DNA of 64,000 nucleotides from Thermoplasmata archaeon (GTDB lineage: Archaea; Thermoplasmatota; Thermoplasmata; RBG-16-68-12; JAFNFQ01), in contig JBGPQV010000002.1 in the NCBI GenBank assembly GCA_041489255.1, forward strand, positions 96,001 to 160,000. The letters are read 5' to 3'. A program made the position numbers and the translations under genes. This document shows, in pieces, positions 41,917 through 53,200 of the stretch (position 1 is its first letter; each line of letters begins with the position of its first letter). Under the pieces are notes generated by a model. That model searched no databases. It saw only the letters and a list, made by a program, of their open reading frames with translations, and was not told the DNA's origin.

Positions 41917-44900
41917 TCATGCGACCGGAGGCTGCTCCTCCTCTTCCTCGGGCTGTTTCGGCTTCCTCTTCCTCAGGACAAAGAAGAACACAACCGCCAA
42001 GATCACGCCGACCAGCAGCACGACGCCGGAGATGACCGCGATGGAGCCAAGGTCGAGTCCCCAGCCGCCAGTCACGTGGATCTCATACATCTCAGTCGGC
42101 GCGCCGGCGGGCGCTTTCGCCACGTTCCCATAGATGTCCACCGCCTCGATGTAGTACTCCACCGTTCCGGGATTCTGGCCGACATTGTAGCTGATAAAGA
42201 ACCGGCCTTCGGGAATGTAAGTCTGTTCGATTGGAGGATTGAAGTAGGATGCGCCGATCGGCTTGACGTACAGCTTGACCACCGCGACGCCGGAGTCGTC
42301 AGTCGCCGTGCCTGTTATGACCACGGTATCCCTGGTCTTCATGTCCCCCGGCGGTGTATGTGTGATCAACGGCGGAATCATATCGGAGGCTATGAAGTCC
42401 ATCCAGGCGTACATCTCCGGGCGTGCTCCGCCGAGCAGATCGGTGAATCTCAAAGTCCCCGTCGTCCTGAGGACGGTGTTGAGCGGGAGGGTGGCGTTCA
42501 CTCTCGCTCCAATCACGATCTTCTCGAACCCCAGGGAAGACAGGTTACCGAGGTCCCACCACCGCTGCTGCCCGATTGTCCAATTAGGCGCGGGATCCGA
42601 AGAGACGAATTCGAGACCGGCGGGGAACACGTTGCTGACGTTTACAGCCCTGGCGGCGATCTGCCCGATGTTCCTCACCCAGATGCTGCAGCTGACATTC
42701 CAGCCCGGTTCCGCCCTGTTCTGGTCCGTCTCCATGTAGAAGGCCATGTACGGGCCGTGCGGGCCGGAAACCGGGTCTATCGGAGCCGTGGCGGCGTAGA
42801 TGTCCGGTCCGCCCGGGCGCCTCCAGTCCTGCCAGATCGCGGTGATATAGCCGAACGGGTTGAGAATTATGCGCGGCATGTAGTGGCTGTTCCCTGGCGG
42901 GTCGTCGTTCACGGGGAACGGATTGAATAGGGTCCGCCATGACGGTCCGTCCGCCCTCTGCAACACCTCGTCGACCGGCTGAAGGTTGCCTCCGGCTCCC
43001 GTGATCGCTGAGGTGCGTATGATCGGCTCTCCCCTCATGTAATGCCCGGTCATGTTCACATCGACGAACACGATCTTGTCGAGCGAGGAAAACGCCGCCA
43101 GAGGTGAGTCGAGCGGGGTCGCTGAAGTGCCGTTGTAGACGATGGTGTCCGCGTTATCATATACATCGACGGCTCCTTTGGTGACATTCAGGGCCACTCT
43201 GTTGAACGATACGTTGCCTGCGCCATTGTTCATGAAGGAGACGTTGAGGTCGCGGACATCCGGGACCGTAGTCACGCCCTGCGCGTACAGATCGACGCTC
43301 GCGTTCGTCCATACATCCCCTGTGTCCGACGGAGCGAACCAGGAGTTGTTCGCGCCGCGATCGAGTGACCAGTTCACGGTGCCTGTTCCCGTGTATGTGC
43401 TGTTCGCCCTGTATGTGATCTCCAGGCGGACGCTGGAAATCACATCCCCCGCATTCAATCCAGTCTTGGCTGGGTCGAAGGGCGACGTTGTGGCGCCATC
43501 TGTGTCGAACCCCTCAAGGGCGAGAGTCTTGCCAGGTCCGACACTCATCGAGAAGAGGTCGACAAAGTAGAGGAGAGAAATCTGCGCAAGAGTGTATCCC
43601 GTGGTGTCCCACGGCGCGATGAGATTCGGCTTCACTCCCGGGTATGTGTCGCGCGACCCGCTCATGACTATGTCCTCGTCTCTGTCCCAGGAGCCATTCA
43701 AGTTCGCATCGAAGTACCTCAGGTCGTCTCCTGTCAGGTCCTGCTGGAGGTTCGCCCTCCCCGGATTCATGACGCGGTCGGGGGAACCGTCGAGAATGCC
43801 TGGATCGAGGACATCGTTCCCGTTGTCGAGTATCGCAACTTCTCCCGGATCCAAAATTCCGTTGTAGCTTGACACATCGTCGATGAAATAGTTCGCACCC
43901 GATGTCGCGATTTTGGCGGGAAGGAAGGTCAACCCGCCATCCGTGGACTTTGCGACGTACACGGTATGTTTCGTGCTCCTGTCGTCCACCCAAGCGATAT
44001 AGATGAACTGCCCCGTCGGGTCGACCTGTATCCAGGGCTGCTGATGGGTCGTCCTGCTTGGCGCCATCACTATCGGCGAGGAATCGTTCACCGGCAGATT
44101 CATGCTGAAGTGCGTTCCGTCGTCCGAGTGCGCGTAGAAGATGTCCGTGCCCTCGTTCGGCTCGAAGCGTTCATCTTTCCAGGTGATGTGCAGCCGCCCG
44201 TTGGCGTCTATCGCGATCGAGGGCGAGCTCTGCACCTTGCCCGTGATGACGTCGTTCACCGGCGTGTTCGGTCCGAAAGTCCTCCCGCCATCGGTCGAGT
44301 TGGCGATGTAGACGTCGTCGTCTTCGACCTGGACGCCGCCCGGACGGTCGATCATGTCGCTGCGCCCATCCCGCCAAGTGACGTACACCTTGCCGCGCGG
44401 GTCTACGGCAACTCTCTGCTCGCTCCTAGTATTCACCGTGCTCGTTGACACGAGACTATGATTCGTCCACGTGTCCCCGCCATCATAGGAAGCAACGAGC
44501 CTGATGTCATTATAGTTCTCGCTGTAGGCAACGTAGATTGTGCCATTCGGCCCGACGGCCATGGAAGGCGCGTAGGCGGATATCCCCTCCATCGGCCCCT
44601 GGGCTATCCGCCTCGCGAAATGCGGCAGTCCGCTCGGCAGGGGGATCGACGTGAACATTATCACGTCGCCCTCCATCAATGCGCTCTCCTGCCATACGAC
44701 ATAAACCGTCTCGTTCCAGTACGCGATGTCGGGGGATTGTTGAATGGCGTCATTCATGGAAGGAACCGAGACCTGGACATGGCCCGTGAACGTCCCGCCG
44801 CTCCCGGGTGCGTGAGCGAACATTATCCGCCAATGCCCGGAGCTCTTGTCCTGCCAGGCAGCGTAGATTGTCCCGTCCCAGGCTACCGCCAATACCGGAA

Positions 44901-45030
44901 CGTTCCGGTCGAGATTCGTCTCGAGGTTGACACGGATGTTCGGCCTGAATGTCTCGCCTCTGGTTGAAGGCGCGAGCTGAACCGCGAACCCGACTACCAG
45001 CACCCCGACGACCAACGCTGCGAGTCTCAT
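41917..45030 (-). CDS. Surface protein with BNR/Asp-box (sialidase-like) propeller, DUF11-like domain and C-terminal TM anchor
   Basis: SYDGGDTW, STDGGRTF, STDGGLTF Asp boxes; signal peptide; TM helix followed by RKRK. Confidence 0.85.
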   Translation of the reverse strand: MRLAALVVGVLVVGFAVQLAPSTRGETFRPNIRVNLETNLDRNVPVLAVAWDGTIYAAWQDKSSGHWRIMFAHAPGSGGTFTGHVQVSVPSMNDAIQQSPDIAYWNETVYVVWQESALMEGDVIMFTSIPLPSGLPHFARRIAQGPMEGISAYAPSMAVGPNGTIYVAYSENYNDIRLVASYDGGDTWTNHSLVSTSTVNTRSEQRVAVDPRGKVYVTWRDGRSDMIDRPGGVQVEDDDVYIANSTDGGRTFGPNTPVNDVITGKVQSSPSIAIDANGRLHITWKDERFEPNEGTDIFYAHSDDGTHFSMNLPVNDSSPIVMAPSRTTHQQPWIQVDPTGQFIYIAWVDDRSTKHTVYVAKSTDGGLTFLPAKIATSGANYFIDDVSSYNGILDPGEVAILDNGNDVLDPGILDGSPDRVMNPGRANLQQDLTGDDLRYFDANLNGSWDRDEDIVMSGSRDTYPGVKPNLIAPWDTTGYTLAQISLLYFVDLFSMSVGPGKTLALEGFDTDGATTSPFDPAKTGLNAGDVISSVRLEITYRANSTYTGTGTVNWSLDRGANNSWFAPSDTGDVWTNASVDLYAQGVTTVPDVRDLNVSFMNNGAGNVSFNRVALNVTKGAVDVYDNADTIVYNGTSATPLDSPLAAFSSLDKIVFVDVNMTGHYMRGEPIIRTSAITGAGGNLQPVDEVLQRADGPSWRTLFNPFPVNDDPPGNSHYMPRIILNPFGYITAIWQDWRRPGGPDIYAATAPIDPVSGPHGPYMAFYMETDQNRAEPGWNVSCSIWVRNIGQIAARAVNVSNVFPAGLEFVSSDPAPNWTIGQQRWWDLGNLSSLGFEKIVIGARVNATLPLNTVLRTTGTLRFTDLLGGARPEMYAWMDFIASDMIPPLITHTPPGDMKTRDTVVITGTATDDSGVAVVKLYVKPIGASYFNPPIEQTYIPEGRFFISYNVGQNPGTVEYYIEAVDIYGNVAKAPAGAPTEMYEIHVTGGWGLDLGSIAVISGVVLLVGVILAVVFFFVLRKRKPKQPEEEEEQPPVA

Positions 45031-45104
45031 GGCGACATCGGAATGGCCCAAGGTATTATTAAATCGGATGCCGCGCTTACCCGCCGAAGGAGAGGTGAGG
45101 AGCC

Positions 45105-45638
45105 ATGGTCACCCAATCGAGGATATTCATCGCGAAGGACGGGAGGCGGGTCGTCATAAGGTCGATCAGATGGGAGGATCTAGATGGCGTGATCGAGTTC
45201 ATCAATTCCTTGGCAGACGAGGGTTTCGAGAGCACGCAGAGGGTGACGAGGAGCGAGGAGGCCGATTGGCTCGGGAGGAGACTTGCGCGAATGGAGAAAG
45301 GCGAGCTGATCGAGGCTGTCGCGGAGGTCGACGGGAAGGTCGTCGCGAACTCTGAGGTGGAAAAGAGGACCGGGGTGATGAGCCACCTCGGTTACCTCGG
45401 CATGGCGACAATGTCCGGGTATCGAGGAATCGGAATCGGGACGGAGCTCATGAAGACCTTGATCGAGGAGGTAAGGATGGCGGGACTCAGGGTGCTCGTC
45501 CTCGATCACTACGAGACGAACACGGTCGCCAAAAGACTGTACGAGAAGGTCGGGTTCAAGGAGGCGGGCAGGATTCCCAAGGCCATCCATAGAGACGGCA
45601 CCTACACCGACTTGGTCCGCATGGTCATGGAGCTCTAG
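45105..45638 (+). CDS. GNAT family N-acetyltransferase
   Basis: YRGIGIGTELM, N..AKRLYEKVGF. Confidence 0.92.
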   Translation: MVTQSRIFIAKDGRRVVIRSIRWEDLDGVIEFINSLADEGFESTQRVTRSEEADWLGRRLARMEKGELIEAVAEVDGKVVANSEVEKRTGVMSHLGYLGMATMSGYRGIGIGTELMKTLIEEVRMAGLRVLVLDHYETNTVAKRLYEKVGFKEAGRIPKAIHRDGTYTDLVRMVMEL

Positions 45639-45716
45639 CAAAAGAAGATATATCAGTAAAACCGCGCTCAGGAATCTACATCTAGTCGGGGCACCGCTAG
45701 GACCGCAGGGATTGCA

Positions 45717-48700
45717 TTGAGAGTCTCGAGCGCTATTGCGATTGGGCTAGTGATCATTGCAGCACAGGCCTTGATCCTGATTTCTTTGCCGCAGACTGCA
45801 TCTGCATATGCGTTTCATACGCCGATAGTCATCACAAGTGATTCAGGTTTTAATTCAAGTAATGGCGTCACCGGGGGAAGCGGCCTGCCCGGCAATCCCT
45901 ACATCATCGAGGGCTGGGAGATCAACACATCCGCATCGTATGGCATCTCGATCCAGAATACGAACGCATATTTCGTCATTCGCGGTGTCTATGTTCACGG
46001 CGGATACTGGAGTGGAATCTATATGTATATGGTCTCTGGCGGGCGTGTTGAGAACTCGACGATTTCTGACAATGACTACGGGCTGTATCTCTCATCGGTC
46101 ACGAATACCACCATTGCGGATAACCTGATCACCGGCAACTCATGCGGTATCGAGGCGGGCGGCTCGATAAATGTGACGATAGAGGGCAACGTCGTCACAT
46201 CCAACTTTGGACTTGGAGTCTTCGTCCATTCAGATTATTCGGTGATAAGAAACAACAACGTCACCTGGAATGGCGGCGAGGGCCTCTACTTGGACGGTGC
46301 CGCTTGGCTCACCGTGGAAGGCAATGAAGTGGCGAACAACTACGATGGAATAGTACTCGAGCACCGGATCAACAATTGCACGCTCTCGCACAACCGGATT
46401 ATCTCAAACCGAGTCGGCATCAGATATGACAATAACTCTCGCATGATTTCTCTCATCTACAACCTGATTCGTCAAAATACCCAAGATGGTCTGGAGATTC
46501 GTGGCGGCATTGAGAATCTCGTGGCGTACAACGAGATTTCCTACAACGCAGGCTATGGTGTCAGAATAATGGATCCGTTCAACTCCACAAACTTCCTGGT
46601 TCACCACAACAACTTCATCGGCAATTCGGTGCCCCAAGCGTACGATTACACCGGGATGTACGATCGCTGGGACGACGGCTGCTCCGTCGGCGGCAACTAC
46701 TGGTCCGACTACTCGGGAAGCGATGGTTTCGATTGCGTCTCCGGCATGGCGGGAAGCGACGGATACGGCGACACGCCATATGTGATAGACTCCGATTCGC
46801 AGGACAACTACCCCTTCATGCAGCCCTTGGATCTGTCCTTCAACAACACTCCGCCGACCGTGACTGTCACCAGTCCGAACGGAGGTGAGACTTGGACAGG
46901 GGGCAGCGTCTACAATATCACATGGTCGATGTACGACGACTTCGACTCGGATCTTTCGGTCTGGATTCAGTACTCCATCGATGCTGGGAGTAGCTGGGAA
47001 GACATCCCCGGCGCGCAGAACATCAACCTGCCTGTCGGAAACCAGACATTCCCCTGGACGGTGCCTTATGCTAACACGGACTACGCGCAGGTTAAGGTCG
47101 AAGTCATGGATTCCAGCGGCGCGACAGCTACTGACTATAGCGATGACTTCTTCACGATCTTCACAGACGCACCCTTCATCGTCGCCACAAATCCGACTGA
47201 TGGCGAGATTGACGTGCCCGTTACCGCCCCAATAGTGATCACATTCAGCGAGTCGATGAATACATCGAGCGTCACGGTCTCGGTCGTCCCCACTCAGCCA
47301 TTCACGCACAGTTGGTCGGCGGGTGACACGGTTCTCACTCTCGGTCACACGACTCCTTTCATGGACTGCACGATGTACACCGTCTCCGTCTACGGCCAGA
47401 ATTGGAACGGGGATAGCCTCGTCCCCGGCCCCGTGCCGAATCCGTTCAGCTTCACTGTGGGTTGCGGTGCGCAGTTCTGGGTCGCGCTCCAGAGTCCTGT
47501 CGGCGGGGAGGACTGGACGGGCGGCTGCCTCAAGACTATTGCTTGGAACGTCACGGACCAGGGAGGACCTCTCTTCAACCTCACGATCGACCTCTACTAC
47601 TCCGGCAATGGCGGGAGTTCTTGGACTGCCATTGCCTTGAATGTCACCGGGGCAAACGGCACCTACGATTGGTCAGTTCCCCTTATTGATTCAAGTATCG
47701 TAAAAGTGAAGGTGTGTGCGACGAAGCCAGGAGGCGGCACCGCCTGCGGAATGAGCGGGCTATTCACGATTGATGGAACACCGCCACAGGTAACGCAGAC
47801 GAGTCCTCAAAACGGGACCATCGACGTCCCAGTCGATGCGAACATCCAGGTCTATTGGAGCGAGCCGATGAACATCCAATACGGCGCCGTCTTCACCAGA
47901 CCGACGATTCTTGTCAATACGAGCTGGAATGCCTCGAGGACGATGTATCAGGTCGATCCCTTCAATCCGTTATCCCCCTGCACATGGTACACGTTCACCT
48001 TCGACTACTTCAGGGACGATAGCGATCCTGGCAACAACATGTCGTCGGCCTACGACTTGAGCTTCATGACGAAATGCCCCGGACCGCCATCGGTGACTCT
48101 CCAGCATCCCGTCGGCGACGAGTATATCGCGGGCGGCTCGACGTACACAGTCTCATGGACCGCCATCGACGACGAGACTCCGCTCGCCCAGATTGCCTTC
48201 ATCGTCAACTACACGAGCAGCGCCGGTTCAGGCCTGATCGTCGGACCAGTTCAGGGGATGACCAGCTTTGTCTGGAACGTCCCCGCCATAGACGTCACAG
48301 ACGCGGTCGTCAATATCAGCGCCACGGACGGCGACAGCATGACGGGCTGGGACGCGAGCGGGCCGTTCACGATCGACTCAACGCCGCCATCTCTGTCCAG
48401 CTACGGTCCGACCGGATGGAACGTTTCGGTGAACGCGAGCGTCGACGCGTTCTTCGACGAGCCTGTCAGCGCGATGCTTAACTTCGAAAAGGCGAGTTTC
48501 GGACTCCAAGATGTCGCGACGTCGGGTTGGATGCCTGTCACATGGCACATAGTGCCTTCAGGCTCGCCCTTCCCGCAAGAGTTCCACTTCGTACCCGATT
48601 CGCCTCTGGAGCAATGCGCATCCTATCATGCATATATCAACGGCACTTTCTTCGACAGGGCATCGTGGTATCTCACGAACCCGACTGACTGGATATTCCA

Positions 48701-50168
48701 CACAGTCTGCCCGCCAGGCGTGTCACTCCAAACCTTGTTAGGAGGGAAAGACTGGACCGGTGGTTCGGATCATACCGTCATTTGGTCGATGAGCGACGAG
48801 ATAGACGCGCAGCTGCAGGTCCGGGTCGACTACTCGAAGGACGGCGGGCTCGACGGCTACCCGTACAACGCCTACTCGGCGGTTCGAACCACCGGCGTCA
48901 TAGCGTTCGTCTGGACCGTTCCGCTCATCGACACCGCCAATGCGAGAATCAAGGTCACGGTGATGGACAGCTCCGGGCTGAGGACGGCTGCTGAGAGCCA
49001 AGCGTTCAAGATTGACTCGACGCCGCCGTCGATCCTGACGAGCGTGCCGAGCCAGGGAGGGCTTGGCTTCAAGTTGACCGATGATATCCAGGTCGTGTTC
49101 ACGGAGGAGGTCGTCAGGTCTACCGCTGAGCAGGCGTTCTCCATCACGCCGAATCCCGGGGGGCTCTCCTTCGCCTGGCAACGCCTCGGCTTGGGCAACG
49201 ACATGCTCATTGTCACCCACAAGCCTCTATCGTCGAAGACCGACTACACGATCTCATTCAGCACCGCCATCAGGGATGTGAGCGATCCCGGCAACAATCC
49301 GGCCGCCTCCTTGAACATCCACTTCTCCACGAAGCCGCCGCCCGACGTGAATCCCCCTGTCGCGAAGGCGGTCGGGCACAACCAGATACTGGTCGGCGAA
49401 CGGACGACATTCGATGGCAGTCAGTCCACGGGCAACATAGACTCCTACGTTTGGACGGTCAAGGACAACCAGAACAACATCGTCGACGTGCTCGTCGGGA
49501 TGATCGTCAACTACACCTTCACCAAGAACGGGCGGTACAGTGTCACCCTCGTCGTGACCGACGACGTCGGAAGGACGGGGACCGACAGCATCGAGATCGC
49601 CGTCACGAGCAACGACAACGCCGGCTCCTTGCTCATGCTCTCCGCAGCCCTGATGACCGCCGCCATCTTGGGCGGGACGGAGATAGGCCGGATGTCCCTG
49701 TTCATGCTCGTCGCGGTCCCCGTCTACAAGAGGAAGAACAAGGGCAAGGAGGACCCGGAGCTGCGCGGCATGATCAAGGGTTACATCCTCGTGCATCCGG
49801 GGGACACCTACACCGACATCAAGCGCAACCTCTCGTTGAATGACGGCGCGCTCACCTGGCACCTCATGAAGCTCGAGAAGGCCAGCCTCATCAAGTCAAT
49901 GATCCGCGGCTCGAGGAGACTGTACTTCCCGGCGAACATGCCGCTGCCCTTCGAGGACGGCGGGGACCTGCACGAGATCGAGAAGCGGATGCTGCACATG
50001 GTGAAGACAGACCCCGGGATGACCGTGAAGGTGCTGGCTGAGGAACTCGGGGTGTCGAGTCAACTGGCGCTCTACCACATGAGGAAGCTGTCACAGAGGG
50101 GGCTGGTCTCCCTTGAGAGACGAGGACTGCGTCTGAAGGCCTATCCTCCTTCAAAGCGCGCGACCTAG
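45717..50168 (+). CDS. Giant surface protein (NosD-like beta helix, Ig-like, PKD) fused via TM segment to tandem winged-HTH domains
   Basis: GGNYWSDY, SPNGGETW, PKD; TM then GGTEIGR; RGMIKGYILVHPG...LTWHLMKLE and LAEELGVSSQLALYHMRKL. Confidence 0.87.
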   Translation: MRVSSAIAIGLVIIAAQALILISLPQTASAYAFHTPIVITSDSGFNSSNGVTGGSGLPGNPYIIEGWEINTSASYGISIQNTNAYFVIRGVYVHGGYWSGIYMYMVSGGRVENSTISDNDYGLYLSSVTNTTIADNLITGNSCGIEAGGSINVTIEGNVVTSNFGLGVFVHSDYSVIRNNNVTWNGGEGLYLDGAAWLTVEGNEVANNYDGIVLEHRINNCTLSHNRIISNRVGIRYDNNSRMISLIYNLIRQNTQDGLEIRGGIENLVAYNEISYNAGYGVRIMDPFNSTNFLVHHNNFIGNSVPQAYDYTGMYDRWDDGCSVGGNYWSDYSGSDGFDCVSGMAGSDGYGDTPYVIDSDSQDNYPFMQPLDLSFNNTPPTVTVTSPNGGETWTGGSVYNITWSMYDDFDSDLSVWIQYSIDAGSSWEDIPGAQNINLPVGNQTFPWTVPYANTDYAQVKVEVMDSSGATATDYSDDFFTIFTDAPFIVATNPTDGEIDVPVTAPIVITFSESMNTSSVTVSVVPTQPFTHSWSAGDTVLTLGHTTPFMDCTMYTVSVYGQNWNGDSLVPGPVPNPFSFTVGCGAQFWVALQSPVGGEDWTGGCLKTIAWNVTDQGGPLFNLTIDLYYSGNGGSSWTAIALNVTGANGTYDWSVPLIDSSIVKVKVCATKPGGGTACGMSGLFTIDGTPPQVTQTSPQNGTIDVPVDANIQVYWSEPMNIQYGAVFTRPTILVNTSWNASRTMYQVDPFNPLSPCTWYTFTFDYFRDDSDPGNNMSSAYDLSFMTKCPGPPSVTLQHPVGDEYIAGGSTYTVSWTAIDDETPLAQIAFIVNYTSSAGSGLIVGPVQGMTSFVWNVPAIDVTDAVVNISATDGDSMTGWDASGPFTIDSTPPSLSSYGPTGWNVSVNASVDAFFDEPVSAMLNFEKASFGLQDVATSGWMPVTWHIVPSGSPFPQEFHFVPDSPLEQCASYHAYINGTFFDRASWYLTNPTDWIFHTVCPPGVSLQTLLGGKDWTGGSDHTVIWSMSDEIDAQLQVRVDYSKDGGLDGYPYNAYSAVRTTGVIAFVWTVPLIDTANARIKVTVMDSSGLRTAAESQAFKIDSTPPSILTSVPSQGGLGFKLTDDIQVVFTEEVVRSTAEQAFSITPNPGGLSFAWQRLGLGNDMLIVTHKPLSSKTDYTISFSTAIRDVSDPGNNPAASLNIHFSTKPPPDVNPPVAKAVGHNQILVGERTTFDGSQSTGNIDSYVWTVKDNQNNIVDVLVGMIVNYTFTKNGRYSVTLVVTDDVGRTGTDSIEIAVTSNDNAGSLLMLSAALMTAAILGGTEIGRMSLFMLVAVPVYKRKNKGKEDPELRGMIKGYILVHPGDTYTDIKRNLSLNDGALTWHLMKLEKASLIKSMIRGSRRLYFPANMPLPFEDGGDLHEIEKRMLHMVKTDPGMTVKVLAEELGVSSQLALYHMRKLSQRGLVSLERRGLRLKAYPPSKRAT

Positions 50169-50245
50169 ATACATTGAAATAAGCGTAAAAGGCGCGTACA
50201 GCAACTTACTTCTATCCAGCGCACCGTGAGTGCACCGGGATTGTC

Positions 50246-53200
50246 TTGAGGAAATCGGGAGCGCTCGAGATAGTCAGCATCGTCCTGGCGGTGCAACTAG
50301 TGCTTCTGCTCCCATCTCCGCGCGTCATGGGATGGATACCGGAGCCGTACGAGCTCTACGGGACCGCGCACGATGAGGTCGGGGTCGTTCTTCTCGACGG
50401 TGAGCCGATAAGGACGTTCATCGACGGCGTCGAGTACTCCAATAAGACCTCCGTGTACAGCCGCCCTGGATACTTCGACGGATATTTCGACGTCGACACC
50501 TACGGCAACTACAGGAGCAACCGCACAGTCCCCGGCACGCCGTGGATAAAGGAGGGCGGGGACGAGGGTGACGACATCATGTACTCTTGGGGGGACATGA
50601 GCAACAACACCCAGATCGGAGGAGCGAGCCAGCCGTGGAAGCAAGGGGTCGTCTTCAAGGAGAATCACACCTGGCAGACAGGTCTTCCGCCCGAGGCCGG
50701 GGATCTGACTACGGCGCCTGACAGATTGCAGCCGCCATCTGTCAAGATATTCAGCATCACCACGAACAGCACATTACCCCCTTACAACGACCACCTATGG
50801 CTCTGCAATGCGGGGCCTTATCCGGTAGACGCTTCGACGCTGTACATCCAGAAGGATATACCAGGAAGCTACGACGGCCCAATCGTCCAAGTGCCGTCCG
50901 GCACCATCGATCCCTACCAGCGCTACCACATCATCACGGGATCGCGGGATTACTTCGTCGAGACTGGCGACGCTGTGAAGCTCGTCTGGAAGAACAACGC
51001 CTCCGACCCCCAGGCTCCTTTTGGCGGTAGAGACATAGTCATTGACAGGGTCGAATTCAACGCGACCGTGGGCGGGACACTCGATTGGGAGCCGGGCAAC
51101 ACGATTATGAACGATGAGACCGCTCCAGACGTGGGCCGTCAGATCAACAGGTCTGCGACTTGCCGCGACACGAATTCGCGCGAGCGGGACTTTTTCCAGG
51201 ATAATGAGATAATAGAATATCCGAGGCCGCTTCCGCCGGATCCTGTCTGCATCGAAGGGTTGTGCAACTGGGACATCGGCAACCCAGCGCTCGATCATGT
51301 GCTCCGCAATATGAATTTCAGAATTAATTGGACACATCACGGCTGGTACGACGACCCTCAAGTTGCAGCGACGGTTTACATGCGGAATTCGACCGCAACG
51401 ACATGGACGGGCTCGACCGGACCCTCCCAGGAGATGACCTACAGCGGCTTACCCCTGCTCTGCGGCACCGACTATTGGATAGGTGTCATCACGAAGGCTA
51501 GCGGACCATTATTCAGTTATGTCACCGAGCTGAGGTTCCGAATAAACTGCTTGCCGACCGCGGTCAACCGCGTATGGCCGCTCAACGGTCAGTTCACCTC
51601 AGCCGAGAGTGGTCAACGCGTCTCGTGGTCAAACTCGACCGATTTTGATCTGGGCGACACGCTGGACTACACCTGGTGGGTCGATGACACGAATCCTATG
51701 ACCGCCCCTTATGTGAGCAATGGAACGACGATGAACAACTACTCAGACCCGTTCCAGACCAACGCGTCGACGACCTATTTCTGGTGCCTCAATGTGTCCG
51801 ACGGCTGGGGCGCGCCCGTGAGCAATTGCGCCAACCTGTGGGTGTTCATGACCGAGGGGCTGCCCGTGCCACCGACCGCCACCTTGCTGAAGGTCGATAG
51901 CCATGCTTCGGGCGAAGGATACTTGAACCGCGTACCAATCACCAACCCCGTCCGTGACCCTGTCTTCTCATGGCTATTCCTCCCGATGAGCAGGTTGCAG
52001 ACGGGCTTCCACATCGAAGTCCGGGACACTGCCGGCACCCTGATGTGGGGACTCAACACCTCTGGATCAGGGTCGACGGTTGAATACAACTCCGACGGCT
52101 CCGGCACTGCGCTGAGCGTCGGCACCTGCAACTACTTCCGAGTGAAGGTGCGGGATTACCTCACCCCGCAACTCTGGAGCGACTGGTCCACACCGCTGGA
52201 CTTCTGCATCAACACCCCGCCCCCGGTCCCGGATCCCCTCGCCCCGGCTGAGAACAGCACCCGCCTTCCGGGCTCCGCGATCATCTACTGGAGCGTGGTG
52301 AATGACACGGATACCGGCACTCCCGACACGGTCACCTATGAGTACTGCATAGATTCTGCCGCCTACCCGCCATACCCGACCTGCAACATCGCTCATGTCA
52401 CGGTAGGCGCCAACAATTCGAACGCATTCATAACGGCCAACGGCCTCATCTATCTCTGGGAAGTGAGGTCGTACGACTCATACGAGTACTCAGCCTGGAG
52501 TGCGGTCTGGAACTTCACCACCATAGTGCCGCCCGTTGCGGAGGCTGTTGGACCCGGCGAGGCGCTTGTGGGGAATATGGTAACATTCTACGGCAACGGT
52601 TCCCAGGGCAACATCTCGCAATACACTTGGACCATTAGAGACTATCAAGGCGCTATCGTCACTCGGCTGACAGGGGCCATCGTCAATTATGCATTCCAAG
52701 ACCCGGGAACCTATTCGGTCACCTTAACTGTCTATGATGATTCAACGGGTTTGAGCGGCAGTGACGCATTCTATGTGCTTGTGAAAAATGTGCCCAAGGA
52801 AGGCTTCGACTGGTTGTGGCTTCTCATCCTGCTCGCCATCCTTTTCATCATCGCTCCAGTCGGCGGGACCGAGATCGGGCGCGTCGCTCTATTGACTCTT
52901 TTGGTCGCTCCCATGCACGGCAGAAGGACGAAGGACAAGGATGAGGCGGAGACTCGGGGGATGATCCGCGGCTTCATCCTGGGCAATCCCGGGGAGTGCT
53001 ATACTTCCATCAGGCAGAACCTCGGGCTGAAGAACGGAACGCTGTCCTGGCACCTGATGAAGCTCGAGAAGGAGGGCATCATCAAGTCCAGGGTGCAGGG
53101 CACGAGGAGGAGGTACTACTCCAAGGGGGCGGCCATCCCCGCCGAGAACGGCGGAGAGCTGCGGGAGATCGAGAAGCGGCTCCTCGGGGCAGTCGAGGAG

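Noticed and set aside
41504-42133. ORFs spanning the 21-bp array
   Set aside because: Products of the repeat; the 20-bp units shift the frame and no convincing RBS or start exists.
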